In this document: piece by piece, positions 52,384-64,000 of the stretch | How the letters are laid out: each line of letters begins with the position of its first letter | Position numbering within the stretch: position 1 is the first letter of the stretch | Origin: Camelus dromedarius | Taxonomy: Eukaryota | Reading direction: 5' to 3' | Length of the DNA: 64,000 nt | Assembly (NCBI RefSeq): GCF_036321535.1 | Contig: NC_087436.1 | Span: 89,096,001 to 89,160,000 of the forward strand | The notes under the pieces: model-generated | What the model saw: the letters and a program-made list of their open reading frames with translations, nothing else | What the model was told of the DNA's origin: nothing | The model's database searches: none | Made by a program: the position numbers and the translations under genes

Positions 52384-52849
52384 CATGCATTATTTGATAT
52401 ATTATTCACAATAGCTTTATTATGTTGATGCCTTTCTTATTCAAGTTTCAAAGATAAGGAAACTGACACCTGATAGGTGAAAAGTTTCCAAGTTTACATT
52501 GGAAATGGTAACACTGAGAATTCAAATTCAGATATGCTAGATTCAGGAGTTAAGGTTGATTGTCTTTACAGTTATTGTACTCAGGCCAGATAAATCTAAA
52601 CAGAGAACAACTGGTTCAGTAAAATTTCTCCCACAAGCAGTAAAACAAACAGTTTATGAGTTGACCTTATTATATATTTTCAGTGTTCATTTAGTTGTCA
52701 GTAATTCAGGACCTCTTTTACTCACTGAATAATGAATATAAAAATGGTAGAGGACTCATTAGGAATCAGGCAATACTGTGAGCATTGAGGCTACAGTGGT
52801 TAAAAATCCAACTGCACTTTCATGCTGTCATACTTTTTTTGTTGTTTTT

Positions 52850-54917
52850 GTTTTTTGTTTTTTTTTTTTAACATTTTTTATTGATTTATAATCATTTTAC
52901 AATGTTGTGTCAAATTCCAGCGTAGAGCACAATTTTTCAGTTATACATGAACATATATATATTCATTGTCACATTCCTTTCTCTGTGAGCTACCATAAGA
53001 TCTTGTATATATTTCCCTGTGCTATACAGTATAATCTTGTTTATCTATTCTACAATTTTGAAATCCCAGTCTATCTCTTCCCATCCCCCACCCCCTTGGC
53101 AACCACAAGTCTGTATTCTATGTCTATGAGTCTATTTCTGTTCTGTATTTATGCTTTGTTTGTTTGTTTTTTAGATTCCACATATGAGCGATCTCATATG
53201 GTATTTTTCTTTCTCTTTCTGGCTTACTTCACTTAGAATGACATTCTCCAGGAGCATCCATGTTGCTGCAAATGGCGTTATGTTGTCAGTTTTTATGGCT
53301 GAGTAGTATTCCACCATATAAATATATCACATCTTCTTTATCCAGTCATCTGTTGATGGACATTTAGGCTGTTTCCATGTCTTGGCTATTGCAAATAATG
53401 CTGCTATGAACACTGGAGTGCAGGTGCCATCCTGAAGTAGGGTTCCTTCTGGATATAAGCCCAGGAGCAGGATTCCTAGGTCATATGGTAAGTCTATTCC
53501 TAGTCTTTTGAGGAATCTCCATACTGTTTTCCACAGTGGCTGTACCAAACTGCATTCCCACCAACAGTGTAGGAGGGTTCCCTTTTCTCCACAGCCTCTC
53601 CAGCATTTGTCATTTGTGGATTTTTGAATGATGGCCATTCTGACTGGTGTGAGGTGATACCTCATTGTAGTTTTGATTTGCATTTCTCTGATAATTAGTG
53701 ATATTGAGCATTTTTTCATGTGTCTATTGATCGTTTGTATGTCTTCTTTGGAGAATTGCTTGTTTAGGTCTTCTGCCCATTTTTGGATTGGGTTGTTTAT
53801 TTTCTTCTTATCGAGTCGTATGAGCTGCTTATATATTCTGGAGATCAAGCCTTTGTCGGTTTCATTTGCAAAAATTTTCTCCCATTCCGTAGGTTGTCTT
53901 TTTGTTTTAGTTATGGTTTCCTTTGCTGTGCAGAAGCTTGCAAGTTTCATTAGGTCCCATTTGTTTATTCTTGCTTTTATTTCTTCTAGGAGAAAATTTT
54001 TGAGATGTATGTCAGATAATGTTTTGCCTATATTTTCCTCTAGGAGGTTTATTGTATCTTGTCTTATGTTTAAGTCTTTAATCCATTTTGAGTTGATTTT
54101 TGTGTATGGTGTAAGGGAGTGTTCTAGCTTCATTGTTTTACATGCTGCTGTCCAGTTTTCCCAGCACCATTTGCTGAAGAGACTGTCTTTATTCCATTGC
54201 ATATTCTTGCCTCCTTTGTCGAAGATTAGTTGACCAAAAGTTTGTGGGTTCATTTCTGGGCTCTCTATTCTGTTCCATCGGTCTATATGTCTGTTTTTGT
54301 ACCAATACCATGCTGTCTTGATGACTGTAGCTCTATAGTATTGTCTGAAGTCTGGGAGAGTTATTCCTCCAGCCTCTTTCTTTCTCTTTAGTAATGCTTT
54401 AGCAATTCTAGGTTTTTGATGGTTCCATATAAATTTTATTATGAATTGTTCTAGTTCTATGAAATATGTCCTCGGTAATTTGATAGGGATTGCATTAAAT
54501 CTATAGATTGCCTTGGGCAGTGTGACCATTTTAACAATATTGATTCTTCCAATCCAAGAGCATGGGATATCTTTCCATTTTTTAAAGTCTTCTTTAATTT
54601 CCTTCATCAATGGTTTATAGTTTTCTGTGTATAATTCTTTCACCTCCTTGGTTAGATTTATTCCTAGGTATTTTATTACTTTGGGTGCTATTTTAAAGGG
54701 AATTGTTTGTTTACTTTCTTTTTCTGTTGACTCATTGTTAGTGTGAAGAAATGCAACTGATTTTTGAATGTTAATCTTGTAACCTGCTACTTTGCTGAAT
54801 TCTTCGATCAGCTCTAGTAGTTTTTGTGTGGACCTTTTAGGATTTTCTATATATAGTAACATGTCGTCGGCATATAGTGACACTTTTACCTCTTCTTTTC
54901 CAATTTGGATCTCTTTT
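52850..54917 (-). mobile_element. Young 5'-truncated L1, ~2.07 kb, same orientation as the host gene
   Basis: Poly(A) tail at ~52850-52869, AATAAA (plus-strand tttatt at 52877-52882), 3'UTR and ORF2. Flanked by direct repeat tcatactttttttgttgtttt at 52828-52848 and 54917-54937. Confidence 0.97.
53171..54915 (-). pseudogene. L1 ORF2 C-terminal part (RT YADD motif to CCHC zinc knuckle), 5'-truncated, one nonsense change
   Basis: 518-aa open frame: [14 protein letters not shown]...GGITLPDF...[21 protein letters not shown] at 53327-53329 replaces the Trp codon of KKMWYIY (other copies have atgg/gtgg there). The frame continues to the natural TAA at 53171-53173. No ORF1, endonuclease or promoter. 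Confidence 0.95.
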
Positions 54918-56595
54918 CATACTTTTTTTGTTGTTTTGTTTTTTGTTGTTTGTTTTTATTAGTCAGATCTCAGAAGATAAAAGATATTGTCATATAACTT
55001 TGACATATTTCTAGAAATATGAATATTTTACATCAGAGAAATGTTTAAATTATCAAGAAAGCATGACAATCACTCAGGTGGGAGAGAGTTCAACCCTACA
55101 CTTTTCGATTGGTGGCAGTTTGGACAAAAGATGCCTTAAGTTTGTGGTACTCTTATGTAGGATTATGTAGGTGGATACAGCATGGAACAGGCGAGAAGAG
55201 GTTTATTATAAGCACATACAAGTTCAATGTTTGGTACATAGTAGTAGTAGTATTTTTAAGCAATATGCTTCTAAATAAATAAATACATATGTGTAAAATT
55301 ACTAATGTAAATACATTATAATATTAATGCATAGTCATAGTAAAACACCTGAATAGTATAGATAGAATAAAATTATAGATAGAATAAAAATGACCCGTAA
55401 TACCATTACTACAATATTAATTTCCTTTCTTCTAAGTATATTGTTTAATAAAGTTGGGAGTACAGAGTATTTAACAATTTCATTTGATGCTTTTTGGTTA
55501 ACCTTAAAGGTAAGAATTTTCCTAAGTCACTGGTATTCTCCAATTTTAATGGATAGTCAGGATTCCATCATATAGAAATTCCATGGTACTTAACCATTCC
55601 TCTATTGGATGACATCATTAGGTACTCTTTGGTGATGCTTTAAAAAACCCACACTGAATAAGCAGCATGCTACTCTTACATTTTTATATTTTTATCTTTT
55701 TATTCTGCTTTCTTTTCTCCCTCTGCTTTGTACTCTTCGTGCTGAGTGTTGATGACACCCTTCTCAGCGCAATCCCAAGCAGTCATTTTCAGGTAATTAG
55801 CTACATACCAAGTGTTGTGTAAATGGGCTCATTTTTATTCATTTCTGCTGGGCCATGGTGATTCATGAACTGCTTTGTAAATATGAAAAGCTGTTCATAA
55901 ATCAGAGTAGCCTGGGGCAGGGGAACAACAACAACAACAAAAAATACTCGTAGGGCAACGATAATTAATAGACCCCTGTCGAGGACCCAGTGCTAATCTC
56001 AGTTATGTTTTACTGTAGATGTCTCACTGAGTTCAAGATAGACTATTTTTCCAAATTAAATCACTATCTTCATATATCTATGGAGTATGAGCATGTATTA
56101 AATTTCTATAATGTTTACGTTCCCTAGTGACATCTGAGATAAGTGTTAGGCAGCAGAAAAAAATCAGGCTATCTCCTCTAGATCAGAGCATCTTTATTCT
56201 CATCATCTTGATCATCAGGAATTTCTGCAGTAGACAAATTGTGAGGGATTGGAATAATAGCAAGGCCTTAAACAAGTGGAATGGACTTAGAAATGGTAGT
56301 AGAAGTCAGAGTCAAATAAAATGTTTACCTCAGACAGAGTGCCATGACTTGGTAATTGATGAGTGCAGGATAGTTAAATAAGGACTCAGACAGAATTAGG
56401 AGGTAAAGCAAAGATATGGATCTTCTTTTGCACAGTTACTTTTTTTTTTTTTTGGTTTATTTGCAAAGCTGCTCTGTTGCTTTGCCACATTATGGTTTCT
56501 CCCAGAACAAAGAGCTGACACATTTACTGACAGGCAATCAGTGTAATCTTGAAATGATATTCCTGAAGGAGTGAAATTAAGATTCAAGAGTGATA

Positions 56596-57152
56596 GAGCA
56601 TTACTATTTACAATAGCCAAGACATGGAAACAACCTAAATGCCCATTGACAGAAGACTGGATAAGGAAGTTGTGTATATTACAATAGAATAGTACTTAGC
56701 CATAAAAAGAATAAAATAATGCTATTCGCAGCAGCATGTATGGACCTGGAGATCGTCATTCTAAATGAAGTAACAGAAAGAGAACGAAAAATACCATATG
56801 ATATTACTTATATGTGCAATCTAAAAAAAAAAAGGACACAGATAAACTTATTTACAAAACAGAGACAGACTCACAGACATAGAAAACAAACTTATGGTTA
56901 CCAGGGGGAAAAGGAGGTAGGAAGGGATAAAATGGGAGTTAGAGATTTGTAGATACTAACTACTATATGTAAAATAGATAAACAACAAGTTTCTACTGTA
57001 TAGCACAGGGAACTATATTCAGTATCTTGTAGTAACCTATAATGAAAAAGAATATGAAAAGGAATATATGTATGTTCATGAATGACTGAAAAATTATGCT
57101 GTACACCAGCAATTGACACATTGTAAACTGACTATACTTCAATAAAAAAAAA
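56596..57152 (+). mobile_element. 5'-truncated L1 3' fragment with poly(A)
   Basis: ctatttacaatagccaagacatggaaacaacctaaatg...actgactatacttcaataaaaaaaaa. Confidence 0.93.
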
Positions 57153-57174
57153 GAACTCCTTGTAAGAGCAGAAA

Positions 57175-57720
57175 CAGGTAAACAATGCAACAGTCCAGCA
57201 AAGCAAAATCGATACTCTGGTGTATCTACAATGGGCTACTTAACAGCAGTTAAAATGAATGAACTAGATCTACATGTATTAACATGGGCTTACCTCACAT
57301 AGTGTTGTGTGGAAAAACAAAAGACTAGAAAGAATGCCTACACAAAGCTACATTTTTAAAACGTTTACGTGACAGAATTTCATGGCTTAGGAAATCACAC
57401 TTGTGTGTATGTGTAGTAAAATTCAAAAATATACATTGAAATGACATGTAGCAATTTTGGCACAGTAGCTGCATCTGGGGAGGGACAGGTAGAGGAAAAG
57501 AGATAGGATGGGATAGTGATGGTGTTGCTGTCATCTTTGAAAATTCTCTACCTATTCCTGCTCTCTTTCCTTCCTTCTCTGTTTCCCAGCCTTCCTCTCC
57601 TCCCTCCCTCCTTTCCTTCCTTTCTCTTCCCTTCCTTTGTCCATATTTCTGTCATTCTTTCTTTCAAGAAAGATAAAGCAAATAGGGCAATGTGTTAACC
57701 TATTTTAAATCTCTCCATGA
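57175..57720 (+). mobile_element. Ancient L1 (L1ME-like) 3' remnant
   Basis: cagcagttaaaatgaatgaactagatctacatgtattaacatgg motif; heavily decayed. Confidence 0.55.
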
Positions 57721-58773
57721 CTTCAATTTGATATCCTCACATAAACAGTTAAGTCCTTGAATAACCCACTTACATTTTTATTTTAAATGTTGTTTTTAAC
57801 TGGATATAGCCATCTTCCTGTCCCCTATTCCAGAATTACTAAAAACAAAAAGGGAAAGGAATACAAAACTCCTCTGTCCCTCACATTGATTCTATACCTA
57901 ATTGGCATTTAATAGTGGACAATCATCATAATCTTCTGACATGAGTCTTTCAGTCAAGAAATCTATCAACATAGATGGATCTTCGTGTTTGAAACTGATA
58001 TATACCTCGTTATATTTCTCATCACAATTTGCAACTATAAATTTGTTTGATTACTCAATATTGTGTGCTGCTTGAATAGATGGTAAATACCACAAGAGAA
58101 ATAATCTTGCAATGAATCATTTAGCAGTGTCTAGCCCATTGTCTGGCATAGAATTGATGTGCAAATTAATGGCATTAATGTATAACTTAAGGAAACACTG
58201 AAATCTTTACTTCCTTAAAGAAGAGAGAAAAAGATCAGCGTTATTTCTTTATTAAAAAAAAAAAACTACGCCAGTGTTGCTTGGAATACAGAGTTAGGAT
58301 AAAGATCCATTCCTCCACCCAATTCAATTTCTTATAAAAAAATCATCTTGGGTGCAGTTGCTAAAAACACAGCCACAGGCTACTGTCAGGTAGATAATTT
58401 CTAGGGTCATGAAGCTGCTTGAAGCATCATTAAATTAAGGCAGATGTAAGCAAATTACAAAATTCACAGAAGTTTTGTGAATTATCCGCTTTTTTAGGTA
58501 GTCCTTCCTTTTTAACACAAAGTTTTAGTCACTAGAAATTCAGATTAAATAATAGTGCATTTCTTCTCATCTTTCCTTTTCTGTCACCACCCTGCAAATA
58601 AAAAATTAACAAAATAAAAACCCCTTTAAATATACTTTATTCAAAAAGTTTACACGTGCACTTGTATGGATTCCTGAAGTCAAAATATATTTTACTAAAC
58701 AAGGGAAATGATACATAGTGCTTTGCCTATGTTGCACTGAACATAAAGTGATTTCTCTAACCATTACCCTTGA

Positions 58774-58827
58774 GAAAGATTACTAGATGTATTGTCTAGC
58801 GGTTAGGATTATCTCACCTTTCATCGT
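58774..58827 (+). repeat. Copy 1 of a 54-bp dispersed direct repeat
   Basis: 49/54 identical to 59728-59781 by manual alignment. Confidence 0.9.
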
Positions 58828-59727
58828 TATGACCATTTTCAGGTTTATGGAAAACCTGAATGTTCCAATTAAATCTGGTAATTAATTACTCTGAACAAAA
58901 GACTGTTTTAGTACTTTGTTTAATGAATAAACAAATGGTGCAGTCCTCTTATACAGAAGCTGCGTAAATTAGAACTACATTTTAGTAGAGACCATTATCC
59001 CACTGAGCAAATTCAAAGTGTTGCACCCAATAAATCTTATTCTTAAATTCTGATTATTTATTAAGAAAATATCATGCAAAAATCATATAGAACCTAATTT
59101 TGAATTTTCATATATATAATAATTTGGGTTTAAATAACATGATGCCTCATAGTAAAGGATTCTTGAATTTTACATATTTTAAACATTTGAATGCAGTTTA
59201 TTGGCTTAATATTTATGAATTTTGTACTACTAATCATCAGTAATATTACAGTAAATAGTACACGTGAAAAGATTTACAACTTACAATATCACTTATGTAA
59301 ATGAAAGGTATTTGATAGAAGAAAGTATAAATAACAACCCTTTCTTAATCATTTCTTAAAATTTCACATTCAGGTTTTCTTTATTTCTGTATTAATAAAG
59401 AAAATTTTATGTGATATTTAATAGTGCAAATAGAAATATGTGAGTGGAAGGAACAGCACTAGGTACCTTGCATATATATGTCTCAGCAAGTCTTCACAGT
59501 ATTACTCTGTGTTGGGGATTGTTTTGGGGTCAAAAGAGAAATTTTTCATATTGGCAGAGGGAAATGTATTATGATCATAGTTTGGTGTTTCTAAATTTAC
59601 TCTTGACCTATGGCAAAAGTGTTGATCTAAATTTATAGTCATTCTATGTGAATGTGTATCTGTAAGTCGGAAAGGACTTTACCTCTCATTTTGCAGAGAA
59701 AACTGTGGAAGATTTTGAAATGACCTG

Positions 59728-59781
59728 GAAAGATTACTAGATGTCTTGTCTAGCAGTCAGGATTATCTCACCTTACATTGT
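59728..59781 (+). repeat. Copy 2 of a 54-bp dispersed direct repeat
   Basis: 49/54 identical to 58774-58827 by manual alignment. Confidence 0.9.
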
Positions 59782-61634
59782 CTAAGAGCCATTTTGCAAT
59801 TCTGTGCACCGTGGGAAAATGATAGTAATGCAAACGATTCTTACCTGTAGAATTGCAATGGTAATTGATACTACCCTGTGGCTACTGGCCAGTTTTGACA
59901 GTTTGCATCTATTTGTGAGTTAGTTTCATTGTGCTATGTCTTTTCAGTGTATCTACTCCTTGGATTCTCCTTTGAACTGGTTATAACATCTCATTAGTCC
60001 TCTCTTAATTAATGAGATATTGAAAATTTTGACATATGTCTATTTTATAGTTCTACATGATTTAATCTTTTAAAAATAATGGCCCTTTAACAGTTTTGGA
60101 GGTAATTCTATCAAGACGACCAATAGATTTCCCTAACAGAGGCCAGAAAAATATGTTGCCCGAGAAGTGTACCTTACAGGCTACTTAAGTTCAGGCACGT
60201 CTTTTCTCAGTTCCCAGGGGTGAAATACGTAATTGTTGATTCATTTTAAGGTGACACCCAAGAATATAACTTTGCTGACTCTTTTTTCCTCATCCACTGA
60301 TTTTTTGTTTTGTTTTTATTTTTGGTTTGCCCACGACAAGTAAGTTACTACCCACTGGTCACAGCAGTGACTGAGGATTTGGTTTCATGGTCTGACCACT
60401 TAATGATTTCTGTAAATAGGTTAATGGGCAATAGAGTTAGAATTCTATACTCTGTTGGATGAGAGACAACAGAGACTGGTTTGTTAGTCTTTTTTTTTGT
60501 TTGTTTTATCTATTTGTCATTTTAAGCTCAGGTCAATTAAAAATCTTGTGCCCGCTGGAACGGAAAGCAACTGTTTGATATCTGGACCATGAATTTTTGT
60601 GTTTCTATATTTACTCTCAATGTGAGACAAAAATGTACATCAGAATTTATAAACATTTTGTATCTATAATTCAGAAAGGTCTTTATCTCTCATTTCATGA
60701 GAGTATTAATAAATTAGATTATAATCTTAATATTATGGTGCTCTGTTCTAGTTGTTTTATTTACATAAATAAGTGCAAATAAAAATCAAATACTTCTAAA
60801 TTCCCCCCAAAATAAGGAAAACTGTACTTCCAATATTTTAATTGTTCTAGACTTAAAATATTTTCTTATAAAAACTAACTTAGAAACATTTTAAGAATCC
60901 AAGTTCACTTAATTAAGATAAATCTTTTGCAAATGGACCTAGTTGAATAATTTTGGCTTAATAAACAGCCATGTCTTTTCTGATTTATCAATATTAAGAA
61001 TAATACAAGCATACATTTTACTCTACTTTGGTTTGCTTCCTCTAAATTTATACAGGTTTACTGATCAAATATGCTAACATTAATACTACATAATATTTAA
61101 GATTATAAAAAATGTAATTTTTTTCAAATAAATTGAATTATTATTCTGACAAACTACTTCAACAGTAATTATGTGTTGTAATATTTCATCTTGAAGATAA
61201 TTTAAACTAGATGATATCTAGCTTAAAAGCTTGGACTGATTTTAATTAGAGCTAATTAATGGATAATCATTGGTTACCTAGATAATTTCTAAGTAAATAC
61301 TTAAACATTGATTACTAAGCATCATTTTCAATTTATACACCTTTGTGTCCTATTTTTTTTGTGGCTATAGCTTCGGGGATGTTAATGAATGTGTTTTTTT
61401 TTTGCCACTTTAAAAGATGTTAAAAGGATGTGTATGTTTGTAAAAAGCTGTGTTATATGTGTTCATAAGCTATGCTAGTCTGCTGAAATACTTTTGTACT
61501 AAAGACAGCTGTCAATTTTCCACTCCTTACTTTTATTTGTGAAATACAATTTCATCTTTTTGGTTAAAAGCCATAATTTGTAGGACTAACTAAGACTATT
61601 TTAGAAATAAGAGTGACAAAGAAATATACTTGTA

Positions 61635-62633
61635 TAGCTCAATGTGGAAAAAACCCAACAACCTAATCAAACAATGGGCAGAATATTTAAATAGACGTTT
61701 CTCCAAAGAAGATATACAGATGGACAACAGGCACATGAAAAGATGCTCAATATTGCTAATTATTAGAAAAATGCAAATCAAAATTACAATGAAGTATCAT
61801 TTTACACCAGTCAGAATGGCTGTCATCAAAAAGTCTACAAATAATAAAGGCTGGAGAAGGTATAAAGAAAATGGGAACCCTCCTACACTTTTGGTGGGAA
61901 TGCAGTTTGGTGCAATCACTAGAGGATAGTATGAAGGTTCCTTAAAAAACTAAAAATAGAGTTGCCATATGATCCAGCAATCCCACTCCTGGGAACATAT
62001 CCAGAGAAAACTCTAATTCAAAAATATACATGTACCCCAATGTTCATAGCAGTGCTATTTACAACAGCTAAGACATGGAATTTGGCCTAAATGTCCATCA
62101 ACAGATGATTGGATAAAGTTGGTGTGGTACACACACACACACACACACACACGTACATGCATACGCACACACACAATGGAATACTACTCAGGCATTAAAA
62201 AGAAAGAAATAATGTCATTTGCAGCAACATGAATGGACCTAGAGATTATCATACTAAGTGAAGTAAGTCAGACAGAGAAAGATAAATATATGATATCACT
62301 TATTTGTGTAATCTAAAAAAATGATACAAATAAACTTATTTACAAACCAGAAATTGACTCACAGACATAGAAAACAAACTTATGGTTATCAGAGGGGAAG
62401 GAAGGGAGGGATAAATTAGGAGTTTGGGATTTGCAGATATATAAAATACATAAACAACAAGGACCTACTGTATAGCATAGGGAACTACATTTAATATCTT
62501 GTAATAATCTATAATAGAGAAGAATCTGAAGAAATATATATATATATGTATACACATCTGAATCACTTTGCTGTACACCAGAAACTAACACAACATTGTA
62601 AATCAACTATACCTCAATAAAGACAAGAAAAAA
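61635..62633 (+). mobile_element. 5'-truncated L1 (ORF2 end + 3'UTR) with diverged TSD
   Basis: ORF 61630-61929 gives [22 protein letters not shown]...HFTPVRMA. Candidate TSD aaagaaatatacttgta (61618-61634) / aaaggaatacacctgta (62634-62650), 14/17 identical. Confidence 0.93.
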
Positions 62634-62698
62634 AAAGGAATACACCTGTAATTTGTGTGTCTTTATTATTCTAGAAAAAAAAAAGTTTTATCCTAAAG

Positions 62699-62908
62699 CC
62701 ATGGCAATCAAATTTTTTGGTCTCCTGGCCCATTTACACTCTTAAATTTCATCAATATTCACCATATTGAAATTAAAACTAAGAAATTTTTAGTATGTAT
62801 TTATTGATTTATTTTAAGACAGCAGTGCTGACTGCATTGCATGTTAACATCTTCATGTTACTATGAACATAGTTCTGGCTGCAAGGACACTCTGATAAAG
62901 AAGCACTG
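62699..62908 (+). mobile_element. Internally deleted Charlie1-like hAT element
   Basis: tcaaattttttggtctc...tttacactcttaaa 5' end and ...agaagcactg 3' end; 8-bp TSD tcctaaag (62691-62698) / tactaaag (62909-62916). Confidence 0.65.
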
Positions 62909-64000
62909 TACTAAAGTGAAGTGTAGGTGTGTTCCAGAATACGAAAAGCATGACAAACTTGGAAAGTGAATTTTATTCACCTTGATTTATAATACTTGAT
63001 TCTGAAAATAAGTTATGAGATGTTTTAAAATTTAAGCAAAGTTTGACTGATCTTGAAAGCTTTGCTTACTTGACGTACTGGTTAATGTCTTTTATATAAT
63101 GCAATAAAAGTCTATATTTACATTTTCTATGTCTAATTTTTGACTTGCAAAACTACCTTTTGGTTTTCCCAGAGGGCCCTTGAAAAAAATTGCAGATTAA
63201 TTTTGCAAGAATTGCATGTGAAGAGTTGTCAAGTAAGAGGATATACTCATCTGCCCCCAATTAAATTTGTATAGGTAAAGTATTACTAATATAAATATTT
63301 CAGAAAGTGTATGCTTTATGGAAAATCCCTGGAAATTTGTTAATACTCTTCCTTTTCATAATATGTATTAACTTTAGGAGAAACACTACTCAAAATTCTT
63401 ATCAAATAGCTCTCTCAAGTTTTCCTAGTTTTATCAGAGTCCTGATGGTACTCTGTCTGAAGATATTAAGCAACAACAGTATAGGATTGTCAGTCATAAT
63501 TTCAGGTATTATTTAAATTGTTTACTTTTCCACAGTCTTCTTTCATTAATTTTAATCTAGCATTTTCTATAGAGTAAGGTCTCGTTCTGGTCCCACAGAT
63601 TCTATAGAGATCTACCTCTGGACAAAACTGCAAAGTAGAGATGATAGTTTTTCAGCATCTCCCATTGTGTTCAGAGGCCATACACCTCATTGTGAGATCC
63701 TCCTAATCTCAGCACAACCAAGTCCCATTTTCTGAAGTTACTCATTCCCTGAAGACTCCCAATATTCATTTTATCTCATTTCTACTTCTGAGTAGGGTAA
63801 AGCTGTAACATAGTTCAAAGGTAGGGGGTCTATAAAAATCTCAAAGCAAAAAAATAATTGTGGCACTGGGAGAGTCAGGTTTTCAGGGAGTTTGTCTCTT
63901 GCTTTGATTTAACTCACCAACCTAGTCTACCCAGAGATGCAGGAAGGCTGGTAAACTGTTGTATAGCTCAGTGGGGCTTCCACTGCTCACACGTATTCCT

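Noticed and set aside
53673..54233. 186-aa plus-strand ORF
   Set aside because: Antisense shadow of L1 ORF2, a common artefact.
58461..58483. Short hairpin aattcacaga-agt-tttgtgaatt
   Set aside because: A 10-bp AT-rich stem with a wobble is within chance expectation.
1..64000. CRISPR arrays, operons, prokaryotic systems or additional host exons
   Set aside because: The sequence is mammalian intron. No regularly spaced repeat-spacer array was seen, and no further GABA-A receptor peptide was recognised. Remaining short ORFs are low-complexity or repeat-derived.

Overview
Mammalian nuclear DNA, AT-rich and repeat-rich. It is almost entirely intronic sequence of a GABA-A receptor beta-subunit gene on the minus strand. 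The only host exon is 83 nt (45200-45282), encoding (R)[27 protein letters not shown](Y), the Cys-loop exon. It is most likely GABRB1; GABRB2 cannot be excluded. The host is probably a camelid: this is inferred from the L1 3'UTR type, the mitochondrial insert and the lack of recognisable Alu/B1/Bov-tA/PRE1 SINEs. The most notable element is a ~293-bp nuclear mitochondrial insertion (NUMT: ND4 3' end, complete tRNA-His, start of tRNA-Ser(AGY)) at 3920-4212, apparently inside an old MaLR LTR. There are seven young 5'-truncated L1 copies. One is 2.07 kb with a nearly intact ORF2 C-terminal part and an unusually long target-site duplication. Older L1/HAL1, L2, MIR, MaLR/ERVL LTRs, hAT transposons and microsatellites fill much of the rest. 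Non-repeat oddities are a 54-bp dispersed duplication, two hairpins, a CpG-enriched patch and a degenerate pyrimidine-rich tandem repeat. I found no convincing evidence of a new multi-gene system. Nearly all listed ORFs are spurious or repeat-derived. Repeat family names come from recall, not a database search, and boundaries of old repeats are approximate.
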